Source: Candidatus Staskawiczbacteria bacterium RIFCSPHIGHO2_01_FULL_39_25 (lineage in GTDB: Bacteria > Patescibacteriota > Minisyncoccia > Minisyncoccales > Staskawiczbacteraceae). Taken from it: a stretch of 64,000 nucleotides of DNA. Positions 10,426 to 18,846 of the stretch are shown one piece after another; the first letter of the stretch is position 1, and each line of letters starts with the position of its first letter. The DNA lies in assembly GCA_001820095.1 (NCBI GenBank), contig MHOO01000003.1:987-64986 (forward strand). The letters run 5' to 3'. The notes under the pieces were generated by a model, which was given only the letters and a program-made list of their open reading frames with translations, did not search any database and was not told the DNA's origin. Both the position numbers and the translations under genes were made by a program.

Positions 10426-11274
10426 ATGAAGACGTATAAACCAACTACACCAAGCCGAAGAGGAATGACTGGAATTGACTTTTCTTTGCTTACCAAGAAA
10501 AAAGCAGAAAAGAGCCTTTTGAAATATGTCAGAAGAAGCGTTGGAAGGTCCAAAGCATCAGGAAGAATTACCGTACGACATAAAGGCGGAGGGGTAAAAA
10601 AACTCTATAGGATTATAGAATTCAGCCAGAGCATTATGGATGCGCCCGCGAAGGTGATTGCCTTAGAATATGACCCTAATAGGACCGCATTTATTGCACT
10701 AATAGAATATCCTTCAACAGTTTCGGGAAAAGTCCCAAAAAGACAATATATTATCGCCCCGCAGGATTTAAAAGTTGGCGATAGTATTATTTTTTCAGAT
10801 AAGGCGCTTCTTACGGCTGGAAACAGAATGAAGCTAAAAAATATATCGGTGGGGACTGCAGTGTATAACATTGAATTAGAGCCGGGCAGGGGAGGAATTT
10901 TAGTAAGATCAGCGGGGTCAGCAGCCCAAGTATTAGCGCAAGAGCACAGCTTTACCAACTTGAAAATGCCTTCGGGCGAAGTAAGAAGAGTAAAAGATGA
11001 ATGTTTTGCTTCTATAGGAATGGTTTCAAATCCAGAAAACAGATTTTATACGGTAGGAAAGGCAGGCAAATCAAGGCTAAAGGGAAGAAGGCCGCATGTG
11101 AGGGGAAGTGCCATGAATCCTGTTGACCATCCGCACGGAGGGGGCGAGGGCCGCCAGCCCATTGGATTAAAACATCCAAAAACTCCATGGGGTAAACCAG
11201 CATTAGGAGTGAAAACAAGATATCGAAAAAAGTGGACAAACAAATATATTATCAGCCGCAGGAAAAAGAAGTAA
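10426..11274 (+). CDS. rplB: 50S ribosomal protein L2
   Basis: MNPVDHPHGGGEG. Confidence 0.98.
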   Translation: MKTYKPTTPSRRGMTGIDFSLLTKKKAEKSLLKYVRRSVGRSKASGRITVRHKGGGVKKLYRIIEFSQSIMDAPAKVIALEYDPNRTAFIALIEYPSTVSGKVPKRQYIIAPQDLKVGDSIIFSDKALLTAGNRMKLKNISVGTAVYNIELEPGRGGILVRSAGSAAQVLAQEHSFTNLKMPSGEVRRVKDECFASIGMVSNPENRFYTVGKAGKSRLKGRRPHVRGSAMNPVDHPHGGGEGRQPIGLKHPKTPWGKPALGVKTRYRKKWTNKYIISRRKKK

Positions 11275-11389
11275 CGTGAATATAGAATCTGGTATCTGGA
11301 AGCTAGAATGGAATAAAGAATAGTGAATGTGTATGAAATTCTAAATTCCAAATTCAATTCAAGCTTCAAGATACTAAATTCAAGATTCA
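11273..11389 (+). repeat. Family B element
   Basis: AACGTGAAT overlaps rplB TAA; ends 5 nt before rpsS. Confidence 0.85.
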
Positions 11390-11394
11390 AAACA

Positions 11395-11727
11395 ATGAGC
11401 AGGAGTTTAAAAAAAGGTCCGTTTGTGGATCAAAAATTAATAGAGAAGGTCTTAAAGGTAAGGAAAGAAGAAAAGGTTATTATTAAGACTTGGGCACGAT
11501 ATTCAACTATTTCTCCTGAAATGGTAGGGTTTACCTTTGGCGTGCATAATGGGAAGGAATTTGTTCCGGTATATGTAGGAGAGGATATGGTGGGGCACAA
11601 GTTAGGAGAATTTGCTCCTTCTACCAAGTTTTCAAGGCATGGAGGACGAATGCAGAAAGAGTTAGAGCAAAGATCTGAACAAGCCACCGCGGTAAAAACA
11701 GAAGCAGTAACAAAACCAGCAAAATAA
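11395..11727 (+). CDS. rpsS: 30S ribosomal protein S19
   Basis: [19 protein letters not shown]. Confidence 0.98.
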   Translation: MSRSLKKGPFVDQKLIEKVLKVRKEEKVIIKTWARYSTISPEMVGFTFGVHNGKEFVPVYVGEDMVGHKLGEFAPSTKFSRHGGRMQKELEQRSEQATAVKTEAVTKPAK

Positions 11728-11807
11728 CAATTGACAATTGACAATTGACAATTGACAACGTTTTCTAAAATTCGTTGGTCAAATGTTAAATGTCAAAGGT
11801 CAAATGT
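11727..11807 (+). repeat. Heptamer inverted-array element, family A (ACAATTG)n...(CAAATGT)n
   Basis: 4+4 units around AACG-loop-CGTT. Confidence 0.92.
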
Positions 11808-11811
11808 AGTA

Positions 11812-12291
11812 ATGGAAGTAAAAGTTTCATTGAACAATTTAAGAACGGCGCCACGAAAGTCACGGGAAGTGGTTGATTTAATACGGAATAAAAATGTGGC
11901 ACAAGCTAGGAGCCTCCTTGAGTTTACGGTTAGAAGATCAGCAGAACCTATACTAAAGCTTTTAAATAGCGCGGCAGCTTCGGCAGTACATGATTTTAAA
12001 TTAGAAGAATCTAATTTATACATTTCTAAAGTAACCGTAGATGAGGGGCCGAAATTAAAAAGATGGCATCCTATGTCCCGAGGCAGAGCATATCCTATTA
12101 TCAAAAGAACGTCGCATATTACTCTGATATTGTCAGAGAAATCCGAAGACGGGAGTTTCGGCAGAGCCGAAAACTCTCGCGTCTCGCAAGCACGAAATCC
12201 GAAATCCGAAACCGCCCCAACATTAAAGATTGTTAAAAAAAGCAAGCCAAATCTAAAATCTAAAACCAAGAAAATTAAAAAAAATAAATAA
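11812..12291 (+). CDS. rplV: 50S ribosomal protein L22 with repeat-derived C-terminal tail
   Basis: APRK, VDEGP.LKR, KRTSHIT. Confidence 0.96.
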   Translation: MEVKVSLNNLRTAPRKSREVVDLIRNKNVAQARSLLEFTVRRSAEPILKLLNSAAASAVHDFKLEESNLYISKVTVDEGPKLKRWHPMSRGRAYPIIKRTSHITLILSEKSEDGSFGRAENSRVSQARNPKSETAPTLKIVKKSKPNLKSKTKKIKKNK

Positions 12292-12352
12292 AATTCAAAA
12301 TATGTTTCGAATTTCGATATTCGGATTTCGAATTTCTTTTGCAAAGCAAAAG
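12138..12352 (+). repeat. Family C element, left arm inside rplV
   Basis: AAGCACGAAATCCGAAATCCGAAAC and TGTTTCGAATTTCGA..TTCGGATTTCGAATTTC match 25091-25205. Confidence 0.85.
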
Positions 12353-12354
12353 CT

Positions 12355-13029
12355 ATGACTCACAAGGTACATCCAAAAGCATTTAGAATAAAAGGAATGG
12401 AGGATTTCAATATCCGCGGTTTTTATGGCAATAAAATGCCTCAGTATTTAGAGGAAGACTTTTTAATTAAGGATTTTCTAAGGGATAAATTATCGGAAGC
12501 GTCGGTTGCAAATATAGAAATAGAGCATTCTGCAAGTAAATTGAATATTATTATTGAAACAGCAAGGCCAGGGCTGATTATAGGGCGAGGAGGAGAAGGA
12601 GTAGAAATATTAAAGAAAGCCATAGAGCAGAAATTAAAAAATTTGAGAAAAACAAGCATTGGGGCTGCGTTAAAGTCTCAGGTGGGGCAAGTAAAAATAG
12701 ATATTAAAGAAATTAAAAACCCGTGGATTTCTGCGATGCTGGTTGCCCAGATGGCTGCTCAGCAAATTGAAAAAAGGATTCCTTTCAGGCAAGTATTAAA
12801 AAGAAGCATAGAGCGGGTGATGCAGAATAAAGAAGTGAAAGGCATAAAAATGGAGGTCTCAGGAAGATTAAACGGCATTGAAATTGCACGAAAAGAATGG
12901 TTAAAGCAAGGCAGAATGCCCCTGCAAACCATACGGGCAGATATTGATTATGCCCAAACGGAAGCGTATTGCACCTATGGAGCCATTGGGGTAAAAGTAT
13001 GGCTATATAAAGGAGAAAAGTTTGAATAA
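12355..13029 (+). CDS. rpsC: 30S ribosomal protein S3
   Basis: HKVHP, RPGLIIGR, PLQTIRADID. Confidence 0.98.
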   Translation: MTHKVHPKAFRIKGMEDFNIRGFYGNKMPQYLEEDFLIKDFLRDKLSEASVANIEIEHSASKLNIIIETARPGLIIGRGGEGVEILKKAIEQKLKNLRKTSIGAALKSQVGQVKIDIKEIKNPWISAMLVAQMAAQQIEKRIPFRQVLKRSIERVMQNKEVKGIKMEVSGRLNGIEIARKEWLKQGRMPLQTIRADIDYAQTEAYCTYGAIGVKVWLYKGEKFE

Positions 13030-13109
13030 CAATTGACAATTGACAATTGACAATTGACAACGGTGCATTTAGCTCGTTGGTCAAATGTTAAATGTTAAAA
13101 GTCAAATGT
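13029..13109 (+). repeat. Family A element
   Basis: (ACAATTG)4 AACG...CGTT GGT CAAATGT array. Confidence 0.92.
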
Positions 13110-13115
13110 ATAAGC

Positions 13116-13532
13116 ATGAGCTTAATGATGCCGAAAAAAGTAAAACACCGAAAGTGGCATAAGGGAAAGACTAAAGGCGTGGAAACAAGAGCAACGGAAT
13201 TGAATTTTGGTAGTTTTGGCTTAAAGGCAATGGGGACTAAATGGATAACCGCCCGCCAAATTGAATCAGCTCGGCGTTACATTATCAGATACATGAAAAA
13301 GGGAGGCAAGTTATGGGTAAGGATTTTCCCAGACAAGCCGGTAACTTCAAAAGGGGAAGAAGTGCCGTTGGGAGGAGGCAAAGGGGCGGTTCACCATTAT
13401 GTATACCCTATAAAACCAGGAAGAATGATTTTTGAAGTGGATGGATTAAAAGAGGAGGTGGCCAGGGAGGCCTTAGTGGGAGCCAGCATCAAGTTGCCAA
13501 TTAAGACAAAATTTGTTAAAAGAGAGAATTAA
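13116..13532 (+). CDS. rplP: 50S ribosomal protein L16
   Basis: WVRIFPDKPVT, GGGKG. Confidence 0.97.
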   Translation: MSLMMPKKVKHRKWHKGKTKGVETRATELNFGSFGLKAMGTKWITARQIESARRYIIRYMKKGGKLWVRIFPDKPVTSKGEEVPLGGGKGAVHHYVYPIKPGRMIFEVDGLKEEVAREALVGASIKLPIKTKFVKREN

Positions 13533-13612
13533 CAAATTTTGTCCTTAAGACTAATTTGTTAAAAGAGAGAATTAACAAATTTTGTCCTTAAGACTAATTT
13601 GTTAAAAGAGAG
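13501..13612 (+). repeat. 43-44 bp tandem repeat (about 2.6 copies) of rplP 3' end, each full unit a hairpin
   Basis: Units start at 13501, 13545, 13588. Confidence 0.9.
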
Positions 13613-13633
13613 CAGTAGGATAGTCTATAAAGC

Positions 13634-13710
13634 TTCTGCGTAGTTTAGCGTCAGTTTAGCGGAGACTCCGCAAAACCAACGCGAAACATAACGCAAAACA
13701 GACGCGAAAG
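13634..13710 (+). repeat. Inverted array of GCGT/ACGC units (about 10-12 bp spacing)
   Basis: TGCGT..AGCGT..AGCGGAG A CTCCGC..ACGCG..ACGCA..ACGCG. Confidence 0.6.
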
Positions 13711-13721
13711 AATTTACAAAA

Positions 13722-13913
13722 ATGAAAATTGACGAATTAAGGAAAAAAGATAAAAAAGAATTAGAAAAATCGGTACAAGACTTACAAAAAAAGTTAAGTG
13801 ATGTTAGGTTTAAATTTTCTTCAAATAAGTTAAAAAATGTAAAAGAAATTGCCCAAACAAAAAAAGAAATCGCAAGGATATTAACTATTATTAACGAGAA
13901 AAATTACCAATGA
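13722..13913 (+). CDS. rpmC: 50S ribosomal protein L29
   Basis: KKEIARILT; operon position. Confidence 0.95.
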   Translation: MKIDELRKKDKKELEKSVQDLQKKLSDVRFKFSSNKLKNVKEIAQTKKEIARILTIINEKNYQ

Positions 13914-14146
13914 GCAAGAAGAAATTAACAGGAATTGTGGTCTCTGATAAAATGCAAAAAACTGCTGTGGTTAAGGTAGAAAGAATTAAAGAACACCCTA
14001 AATATAAAAGAAGGTATAAAATCCATACCAAGTATAAGGCCCACGATGAAAATAAAGAATATAAAGTGGGAGATAAAGTGGTGATTGAGGAAACCGCGCC
14101 AATTAGTAAAGATAAAAAGTGGAAAGTAATTTCGAAAAACAATTGA
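13910..14146 (+). CDS. rpsQ: 30S ribosomal protein S17
   Basis: GIVVSDKMQKT, HPKYK. Confidence 0.97.
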   Translation: MSKKKLTGIVVSDKMQKTAVVKVERIKEHPKYKRRYKIHTKYKAHDENKEYKVGDKVVIEETAPISKDKKWKVISKNN

Positions 14147-14222
14147 CAATTGACAATTGACAATTGACAACGTTTTTAGCAAAAATTCGTTGGTTAAATG
14201 TCAAATGTCACATGTCAAATGT
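14139..14222 (+). repeat. Family A element (supplies the rpsQ TGA stop)
   Basis: AAC AAT TGA CAATTG... Confidence 0.92.
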
Positions 14223-14228
14223 CAGGTT

Positions 14229-14597
14229 ATGATACAGCCAAGGTCAATGTTAAAAGTTGCAGATAATAGCGGAGCAAAAATAATCCAGTGCATTAACGTG
14301 CCTGGCGGAACAAGGAAACGCTATGCCCAAATAGGAGATATTATTGTGGGGGCTGTGAAAAAAGCAGAGCCAAGAAAATTGGTAAAGAAGCATGAGGTGG
14401 TAAAAGCAGTTATTGTACGGCAAAGGAAAGAAATAAGAAGAATAGATGGTTCTTATATACGATTTGATGATAATGCCGTAGTAGTATTAGGAGAGGGAAA
14501 GTTGCCTAAGGGAGGAAGAGTATTTGGCCCCGTAGCAAAAGAGGTCAAAGATAAAGGTTTTGATAAAATAGCCATGATGGCAAGTGAGTTACTATAA
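14229..14597 (+). CDS. rplN: 50S ribosomal protein L14
   Basis: [17 protein letters not shown]. Confidence 0.98.
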   Translation: MIQPRSMLKVADNSGAKIIQCINVPGGTRKRYAQIGDIIVGAVKKAEPRKLVKKHEVVKAVIVRQRKEIRRIDGSYIRFDDNAVVVLGEGKLPKGGRVFGPVAKEVKDKGFDKIAMMASELL

Positions 14598-14599
14598 AT

Positions 14600-14917
14600 A
14601 TGAAGGTAAAAAAAGGTGACAATGTATTAATAATTTCAGGCAAGGATAAGGGCAGGACTGCAAAGATCTTAAGATCTCTTCCAAAAGAGAGGATGATTTT
14701 AGTTGAAGGAATAAATTTGAAGAGCAAGCACGTTAGGCCGAAAAAACAGGGAGAAAAAGGGCAGGTAGTTAAGGTTCCCGCCTCAATCGATGTGTCAGAT
14801 GTGAAATTTATCTGTCCGAAATGCGGAAAAGCCGCAAGGCTTGGATATAAGATAGAAAGTTCACAAGACAGTATGAAAAAATTTAGAATTTGCAAAAAGT
14901 GCAATTCAGAAGTGTAA
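14600..14917 (+). CDS. rplX: 50S ribosomal protein L24
   Basis: KKGDNVLIISGKDKG. Confidence 0.97.
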   Translation: MKVKKGDNVLIISGKDKGRTAKILRSLPKERMILVEGINLKSKHVRPKKQGEKGQVVKVPASIDVSDVKFICPKCGKAARLGYKIESSQDSMKKFRICKKCNSEV

Positions 14918-14921
14918 AAAT

Positions 14922-15482
14922 ATGCAGAAATTAAAAGAAAAATATAATAAAGAAGTAGTGCCTTTGATGATGGAGAAATTCGGTTATAAAAATCCGATGG
15001 CGGTTCCTAAAATCACCAAAGTCACCCTTAATACTTCTTTTGGCAAGGAGATTGTAAATAAAACTTCCGGCGAACGTGATAAAATGCATGCTTTAGTATT
15101 GCAGGATATGGGTTTGATTGCAGGACAAAAGCCCCGATTGGTAAAATCAAAGAAATCAATTGCTGGATTCAAACTTCGTGAAAGTTTGGAAATTGCTGCG
15201 ATGGTAACCTTAAGGAAAGGCAGGATGTGGGATTTTTTAGAAAGGTTAATTTACCTTTCTTTGCCAAAGTCGCGAGATTTTAAAGGGCTTGAACCAAGAG
15301 GGGTAGATAATGGCGGCAATCTTAACATTGGATTTCGCGAACACATAAACTTTCCCGAGATTTTTACTGAAAAAGAAAAAACAATTCTTGGGCTGGAAGT
15401 TACGGTTTCTACTAATGCTAAGAAAAGGGAAGAAGGGTTAGAATTATTCAGGTTAATGGGATTCCCAATTAAAGAAAAGTAA
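14922..15482 (+). CDS. rplE: 50S ribosomal protein L5
   Basis: KKSIAGFKLRE, RDFKGL. Confidence 0.97.
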   Translation: MQKLKEKYNKEVVPLMMEKFGYKNPMAVPKITKVTLNTSFGKEIVNKTSGERDKMHALVLQDMGLIAGQKPRLVKSKKSIAGFKLRESLEIAAMVTLRKGRMWDFLERLIYLSLPKSRDFKGLEPRGVDNGGNLNIGFREHINFPEIFTEKEKTILGLEVTVSTNAKKREEGLELFRLMGFPIKEK

Positions 15483-15563
15483 CAATTGACAATTGACAAT
15501 TAACAATTGACAACGTTTCGTAAGATTCATTATGTCAAATGTTAAATGTCACATGTTAAATGT
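15482..15563 (+). repeat. Family A element
   Basis: From rplE TAA to 8 nt before GTG. Confidence 0.92.
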
Positions 15564-15571
15564 CAGGTAAC

Positions 15572-15757
15572 GTGGCTAAAACATCACAAATAGCAAGTGC
15601 AAAAAAGAAACCAAAATATTCTTCCAGATTAGTAAGACGCTGTTTTAAGTGCGGAAGGAGAAGGGGATTTATGAGGGCCTTTGGATTGTGCAGAATATGT
15701 TTTCGGGAATTAGCTAACAAAGGGGAGATACCGGGAATTAAGAAATCAAGCTGGTAA
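15572..15757 (+). CDS. rpsN: 30S ribosomal protein S14, Zn-binding type
   Basis: RCFKCGR...LCRICFRE. Confidence 0.96.
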   Translation: MAKTSQIASAKKKPKYSSRLVRRCFKCGRRRGFMRAFGLCRICFRELANKGEIPGIKKSSW

Positions 15758-15758
15758 A

Positions 15759-15867
15759 AACGTGAATCTAGAATCTGGTATCTTGTAGCTGGAATACCTG
15801 TCTGCGCAGGCAGGAAATAAAGGAATAACGAATTCAAGCTTCAAGATTCAAAATTCAAGATTCTCAC
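15759..15867 (+). repeat. Family B element with nested CCTGTCTGCGCAGGCAGG palindrome (15797-15814)
   Basis: 7-bp arrays on both arms. Confidence 0.85.
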
Positions 15868-15872
15868 TAAAA

Positions 15873-16262
15873 ATGACTGATCCAATCACGGACATGTTAA
15901 ATCAAATAAGGAACGCAGAAGCTGTCCAAAAGACAGAGGTTTTGCTGCCTTTCTCAAAATTAAAGAATGAGATTGCTAATATACTATCCCAGAATGGATT
16001 TATTGGAGAAGCAAAAAAAATTGCAAAAGGAAAGAATAAAACGCTGAAAATACATTTAAAGTATGAAAATGGGGTGCCGGCAATAGAGGGAGCCAAAAGA
16101 GTTTCAAAGCCCGGCCAACGGATTTACGTAAAATCAACTGATATTAAGAAAGTAAGGGGAGGGTTTGGTGTTGCAATTATTTCAACCCCAAAGGGATTAA
16201 TGACCAATAGCCAGGCAAGAAAGGCAAAACTAGGAGGAGAAGTTCTTTTAGAAGTTTGGTAG
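15873..16262 (+). CDS. rpsH: 30S ribosomal protein S8
   Basis: TDPITDML, SKPGQRIY, STPKG. Confidence 0.98.
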   Translation: MTDPITDMLNQIRNAEAVQKTEVLLPFSKLKNEIANILSQNGFIGEAKKIAKGKNKTLKIHLKYENGVPAIEGAKRVSKPGQRIYVKSTDIKKVRGGFGVAIISTPKGLMTNSQARKAKLGGEVLLEVW

Positions 16263-16459
16263 GGCGCTTATAGGGCTTTTGCAGCGATTTTAAAAGTACC
16301 GATAGTCGTCCCGACCAGCGTCGGGACGCTATCTAAATTCTCGGCAGTTTATTCCGCTGAAGCGGAAACCATGCTAAACTGCCTGCGAAATTTACTTTTA
16401 AAATCGTTGCAAAAGAAAAGATATTTCAGTTGTTAAGAATTTTGTAAAAAAAGAGCGCC
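16263..16459 (+). ncRNA. Unassigned covarying three-way-junction element, copy 2 (core 16276-16415)
   Basis: See copy at 9031. Confidence 0.65.
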
Positions 16460-16500
16460 GATGGATTTTCGACGGTAGCTAGGAAGAGTAGGTTTGAGAG

Positions 16501-16529
16501 TTGACGAAGCACTAAAAATAATATATAAT
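16501..16529 (+). promoter_or_regulatory. Internal promoter before rplF
   Basis: TTGACG-17-TATAAT. Confidence 0.7.
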
Positions 16530-16585
16530 AATCAATCTATAAAGTCAATTTTTAAATCATAATTCATAAATCGTAAATCACGCAA

Positions 16586-17137
16586 ATGAGCCGAATCGGT
16601 AAAAAATTAATTGAAATTCCTTCTGCTGTAAAAGTGGAATTTGACGGCCAGAATGTGAAAGTTTCAGGGCCAAAAGGGGAATTAAAAACCATAATCCATC
16701 GCGATATTAAAGCGGAAGCGAAAGATGGCAAGATTTTTGTATCCCCTAAAAGCAAGGATGCATCTAATAAGGTGAGAGGATTATGGGGCCTGTACCGGGC
16801 ATTAATTTTTAATATGATACAAGGGGTGGAAAAAGGCTTTGAAAAGAAACTGGAAATTGAGGGTGTTGGTTATAAAGCGGCAGTGCAGGGAGATGAATTG
16901 GTGTTGAACCTTGGATTTGTGAATCCGGTTAAAATTAAAAAGCCCGAAGGAATTACCTTTGCTGTTGAAAAAAATCTTATTACTATTTCAGGAATTAATA
17001 AAGAAGCTGTTGGACAAATTGCCGCAGAAATACGGGCAACTAAAAAAGCAGAGCCATATAAAGGCAAAGGCATTAAATACCAGGGAGAAAGGATTAGGAG
17101 AAAAGAAGGAAAGAAGGTAGTCGCCGCCAAGAAATAG
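16586..17137 (+). CDS. rplF: 50S ribosomal protein L6
   Basis: MSRIGK, EPYKGKGIKY. Confidence 0.98.
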   Translation: MSRIGKKLIEIPSAVKVEFDGQNVKVSGPKGELKTIIHRDIKAEAKDGKIFVSPKSKDASNKVRGLWGLYRALIFNMIQGVEKGFEKKLEIEGVGYKAAVQGDELVLNLGFVNPVKIKKPEGITFAVEKNLITISGINKEAVGQIAAEIRATKKAEPYKGKGIKYQGERIRRKEGKKVVAAKK

Positions 17138-17248
17138 GAATCTAGATTCTTGTATCTTGAAGCTAGAATACAAAAAAACAAGAGTAGGATTTAGAAATTC
17201 AATATTCAAAATTCTATTCAAGATACCAGATACAAGACTCAAGATTCA
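17138..17248 (+). repeat. Family B element
   Basis: GAATCTA GATTCTT GTATCTT ... AAGATAC CAGATAC AAGACTC AAGATTC. Confidence 0.88.
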
Positions 17249-17256
17249 TTTTGACT

Positions 17257-17598
17257 ATGTTAAAGAAACAACTAAAAAGACAAAGAATACATACCAGGAT
17301 ACGGGCAAAAATTTCAGGTACCAAAGAGCGTCCAAGGCTTTCTGTCTTTAAGTCGGGTAAGCACATGTATGCCCAATTAATAGATGATGAACATGGCAAG
17401 GTATTGGCGGCAGTTTCAGATATAAAGATTAAGAAAGGTACTAAAGTTGGCCATGCTATTGAAGTGGGAAAATTAATTGCAAAAGAAGGGTTAGCCAAAA
17501 AGATTGAAAAAGTAGTATTTGATAGAGGAGGGTTTGTGTTCCATGGAAGGGTAAAAGCAGTTGCTGAAGGTGCCCGCGAAGGCGGTTTGAAATTTTAA
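17257..17598 (+). CDS. rplR: 50S ribosomal protein L18
   Basis: [19 protein letters not shown]. Confidence 0.97.
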   Translation: MLKKQLKRQRIHTRIRAKISGTKERPRLSVFKSGKHMYAQLIDDEHGKVLAAVSDIKIKKGTKVGHAIEVGKLIAKEGLAKKIEKVVFDRGGFVFHGRVKAVAEGAREGGLKF

Positions 17599-17616
17599 TA
17601 AACTTAAAATTTCAAA

Positions 17617-17702
17617 ACGAATTTCCACAAAAAAACGAATTTTCACGAATAAACGAATTCGTGATTCGTGTGGATTCGTTAGTAAATTCGTGGTAATTCG
17701 TT
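17617..17702 (+). repeat. Inverted array of ACGAAT/ATTCGT units
   Basis: 4 ACGAAT then 5 ATTCGT, ending 7 nt before rpsE. Confidence 0.75.
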
Positions 17703-17709
17703 AAAACAA

Positions 17710-18252
17710 ATGGCAGAAGATACAACAATAAAAAAACCACAGGAATTAGAAAAAGCTTCTCAAAAAGATGATGGCTTTAGGCCGGTCAGAAAGTTTGGTT
17801 CGCGTCCAGGTGCCCCAAAAGATGATTTTGAAACTAAGCTTTTGGATTTAGCAAGGGTTACCAGAGTTACCGGTGGCGGAAAAAGGATGAGTTTTAGGGC
17901 GGTTGTCGTAGCAGGAGATAAAAAAAGCAAAATTGGCATTGGCATAGATAAGGGGAAAGACGTATCCCAGGCAATAGAAAAAGCAACGAGCAGGGCTAAG
18001 AAAAATTTGATTACGGTGGTTATCGTAAATGGAACGATTCCCCACCAAGTGCAGGCAAAAGTAGGACCTGCGGTAATACTATTAAAACCCCAGAGAAAAG
18101 GCAGGGGCCTGGTGGCCGGGGGAGCTGTAAGGGTTATTTGTGACCTAGCAGGCATAAAAAACGTTTCTTCAAAAATTCTTTCTGGATCAAAAAATAAGCT
18201 TAACAATGCGCGGGCAACCATGGAAGCATTGCGCAAGCTAAAAGCTCGCTAA
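17710..18252 (+). CDS. rpsE: 30S ribosomal protein S5
   Basis: RVTRVTGGGKRMSFRA. Confidence 0.97.
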   Translation: MAEDTTIKKPQELEKASQKDDGFRPVRKFGSRPGAPKDDFETKLLDLARVTRVTGGGKRMSFRAVVVAGDKKSKIGIGIDKGKDVSQAIEKATSRAKKNLITVVIVNGTIPHQVQAKVGPAVILLKPQRKGRGLVAGGAVRVICDLAGIKNVSSKILSGSKNKLNNARATMEALRKLKAR

Positions 18253-18328
18253 CAATTGACCATTAACATGTGACCATTGACTGACGACGTCGCGATTGGT
18301 CAATTGTTAATTGTCAAATGTCAATTGT
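18252..18328 (+). repeat. Family A element (at the usual rpmD position)
   Basis: ACAATTG/ACCATTG ... CAATTGT arrays. Confidence 0.9.
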
Positions 18329-18334
18329 CATATT

Positions 18335-18766
18335 ATGCAGATACATCAATTACAACCTATCCATAGCTCCAAGAACAGGAAACGGGTTGGCCGAGGAGGC
18401 AAGAAAGGCACGTATTCTGGAAAAGGAGGGAAGGGCCAAACCGCAAGAGCTGGCAGAAAACTGGCGCCTATTATCAGGGAGCTTATTAAAAGGTATCCAA
18501 AGCTAAAAGGATATCGCAGGTTTGTTTTGGAAAATAATTCAACGGTAGTAAATCTAGACATGCTTAATAAGCATTTCAAAGATGGAGAAGTTGTAAATCC
18601 AGCAAATTTGATTACAAAGGGAATAGTACATATGATAAAAGGCAAAGTTGGAGAGGTGAAGATTCTTGGAAAGGGCGTGTTGGATAAAAAGCTAACTATT
18701 GAAAACTGCAAGGTTTCAGAAACTGCAAAAAAAGCCATTGAAAAAGCGGGCGGCACCGTGAAATAA
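18335..18766 (+). CDS. rplO: 50S ribosomal protein L15
   Basis: KRVGRGG, GKGGKGQTAR. Confidence 0.96.
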   Translation: MQIHQLQPIHSSKNRKRVGRGGKKGTYSGKGGKGQTARAGRKLAPIIRELIKRYPKLKGYRRFVLENNSTVVNLDMLNKHFKDGEVVNPANLITKGIVHMIKGKVGEVKILGKGVLDKKLTIENCKVSETAKKAIEKAGGTVK

Positions 18767-18840
18767 CAATTTACCATTGACATTTGACCATTGACAGCAA
18801 CTTGCGGTTGGTCAATTGTTAATTGTTAAATGTTAATTGT
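18766..18840 (+). repeat. Family A element
   Basis: From rplO TAA to 6 nt before secY. Confidence 0.9.
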
Positions 18841-18846
18841 TAAACT

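Noticed and set aside
10711..10740. Short PSTVSGKVP insertion in L2 as a REP remnant
   Set aside because: Only a 4-bp stem and no matching copy in the window
11727..11807. CRISPR interpretation of the repeat arrays
   Set aside because: Tandem 7-mers without unique spacers; no cas genes in the window
13501..13612. Mini-CRISPR in the 43-bp repeat
   Set aside because: Units abut directly and copy the rplP end
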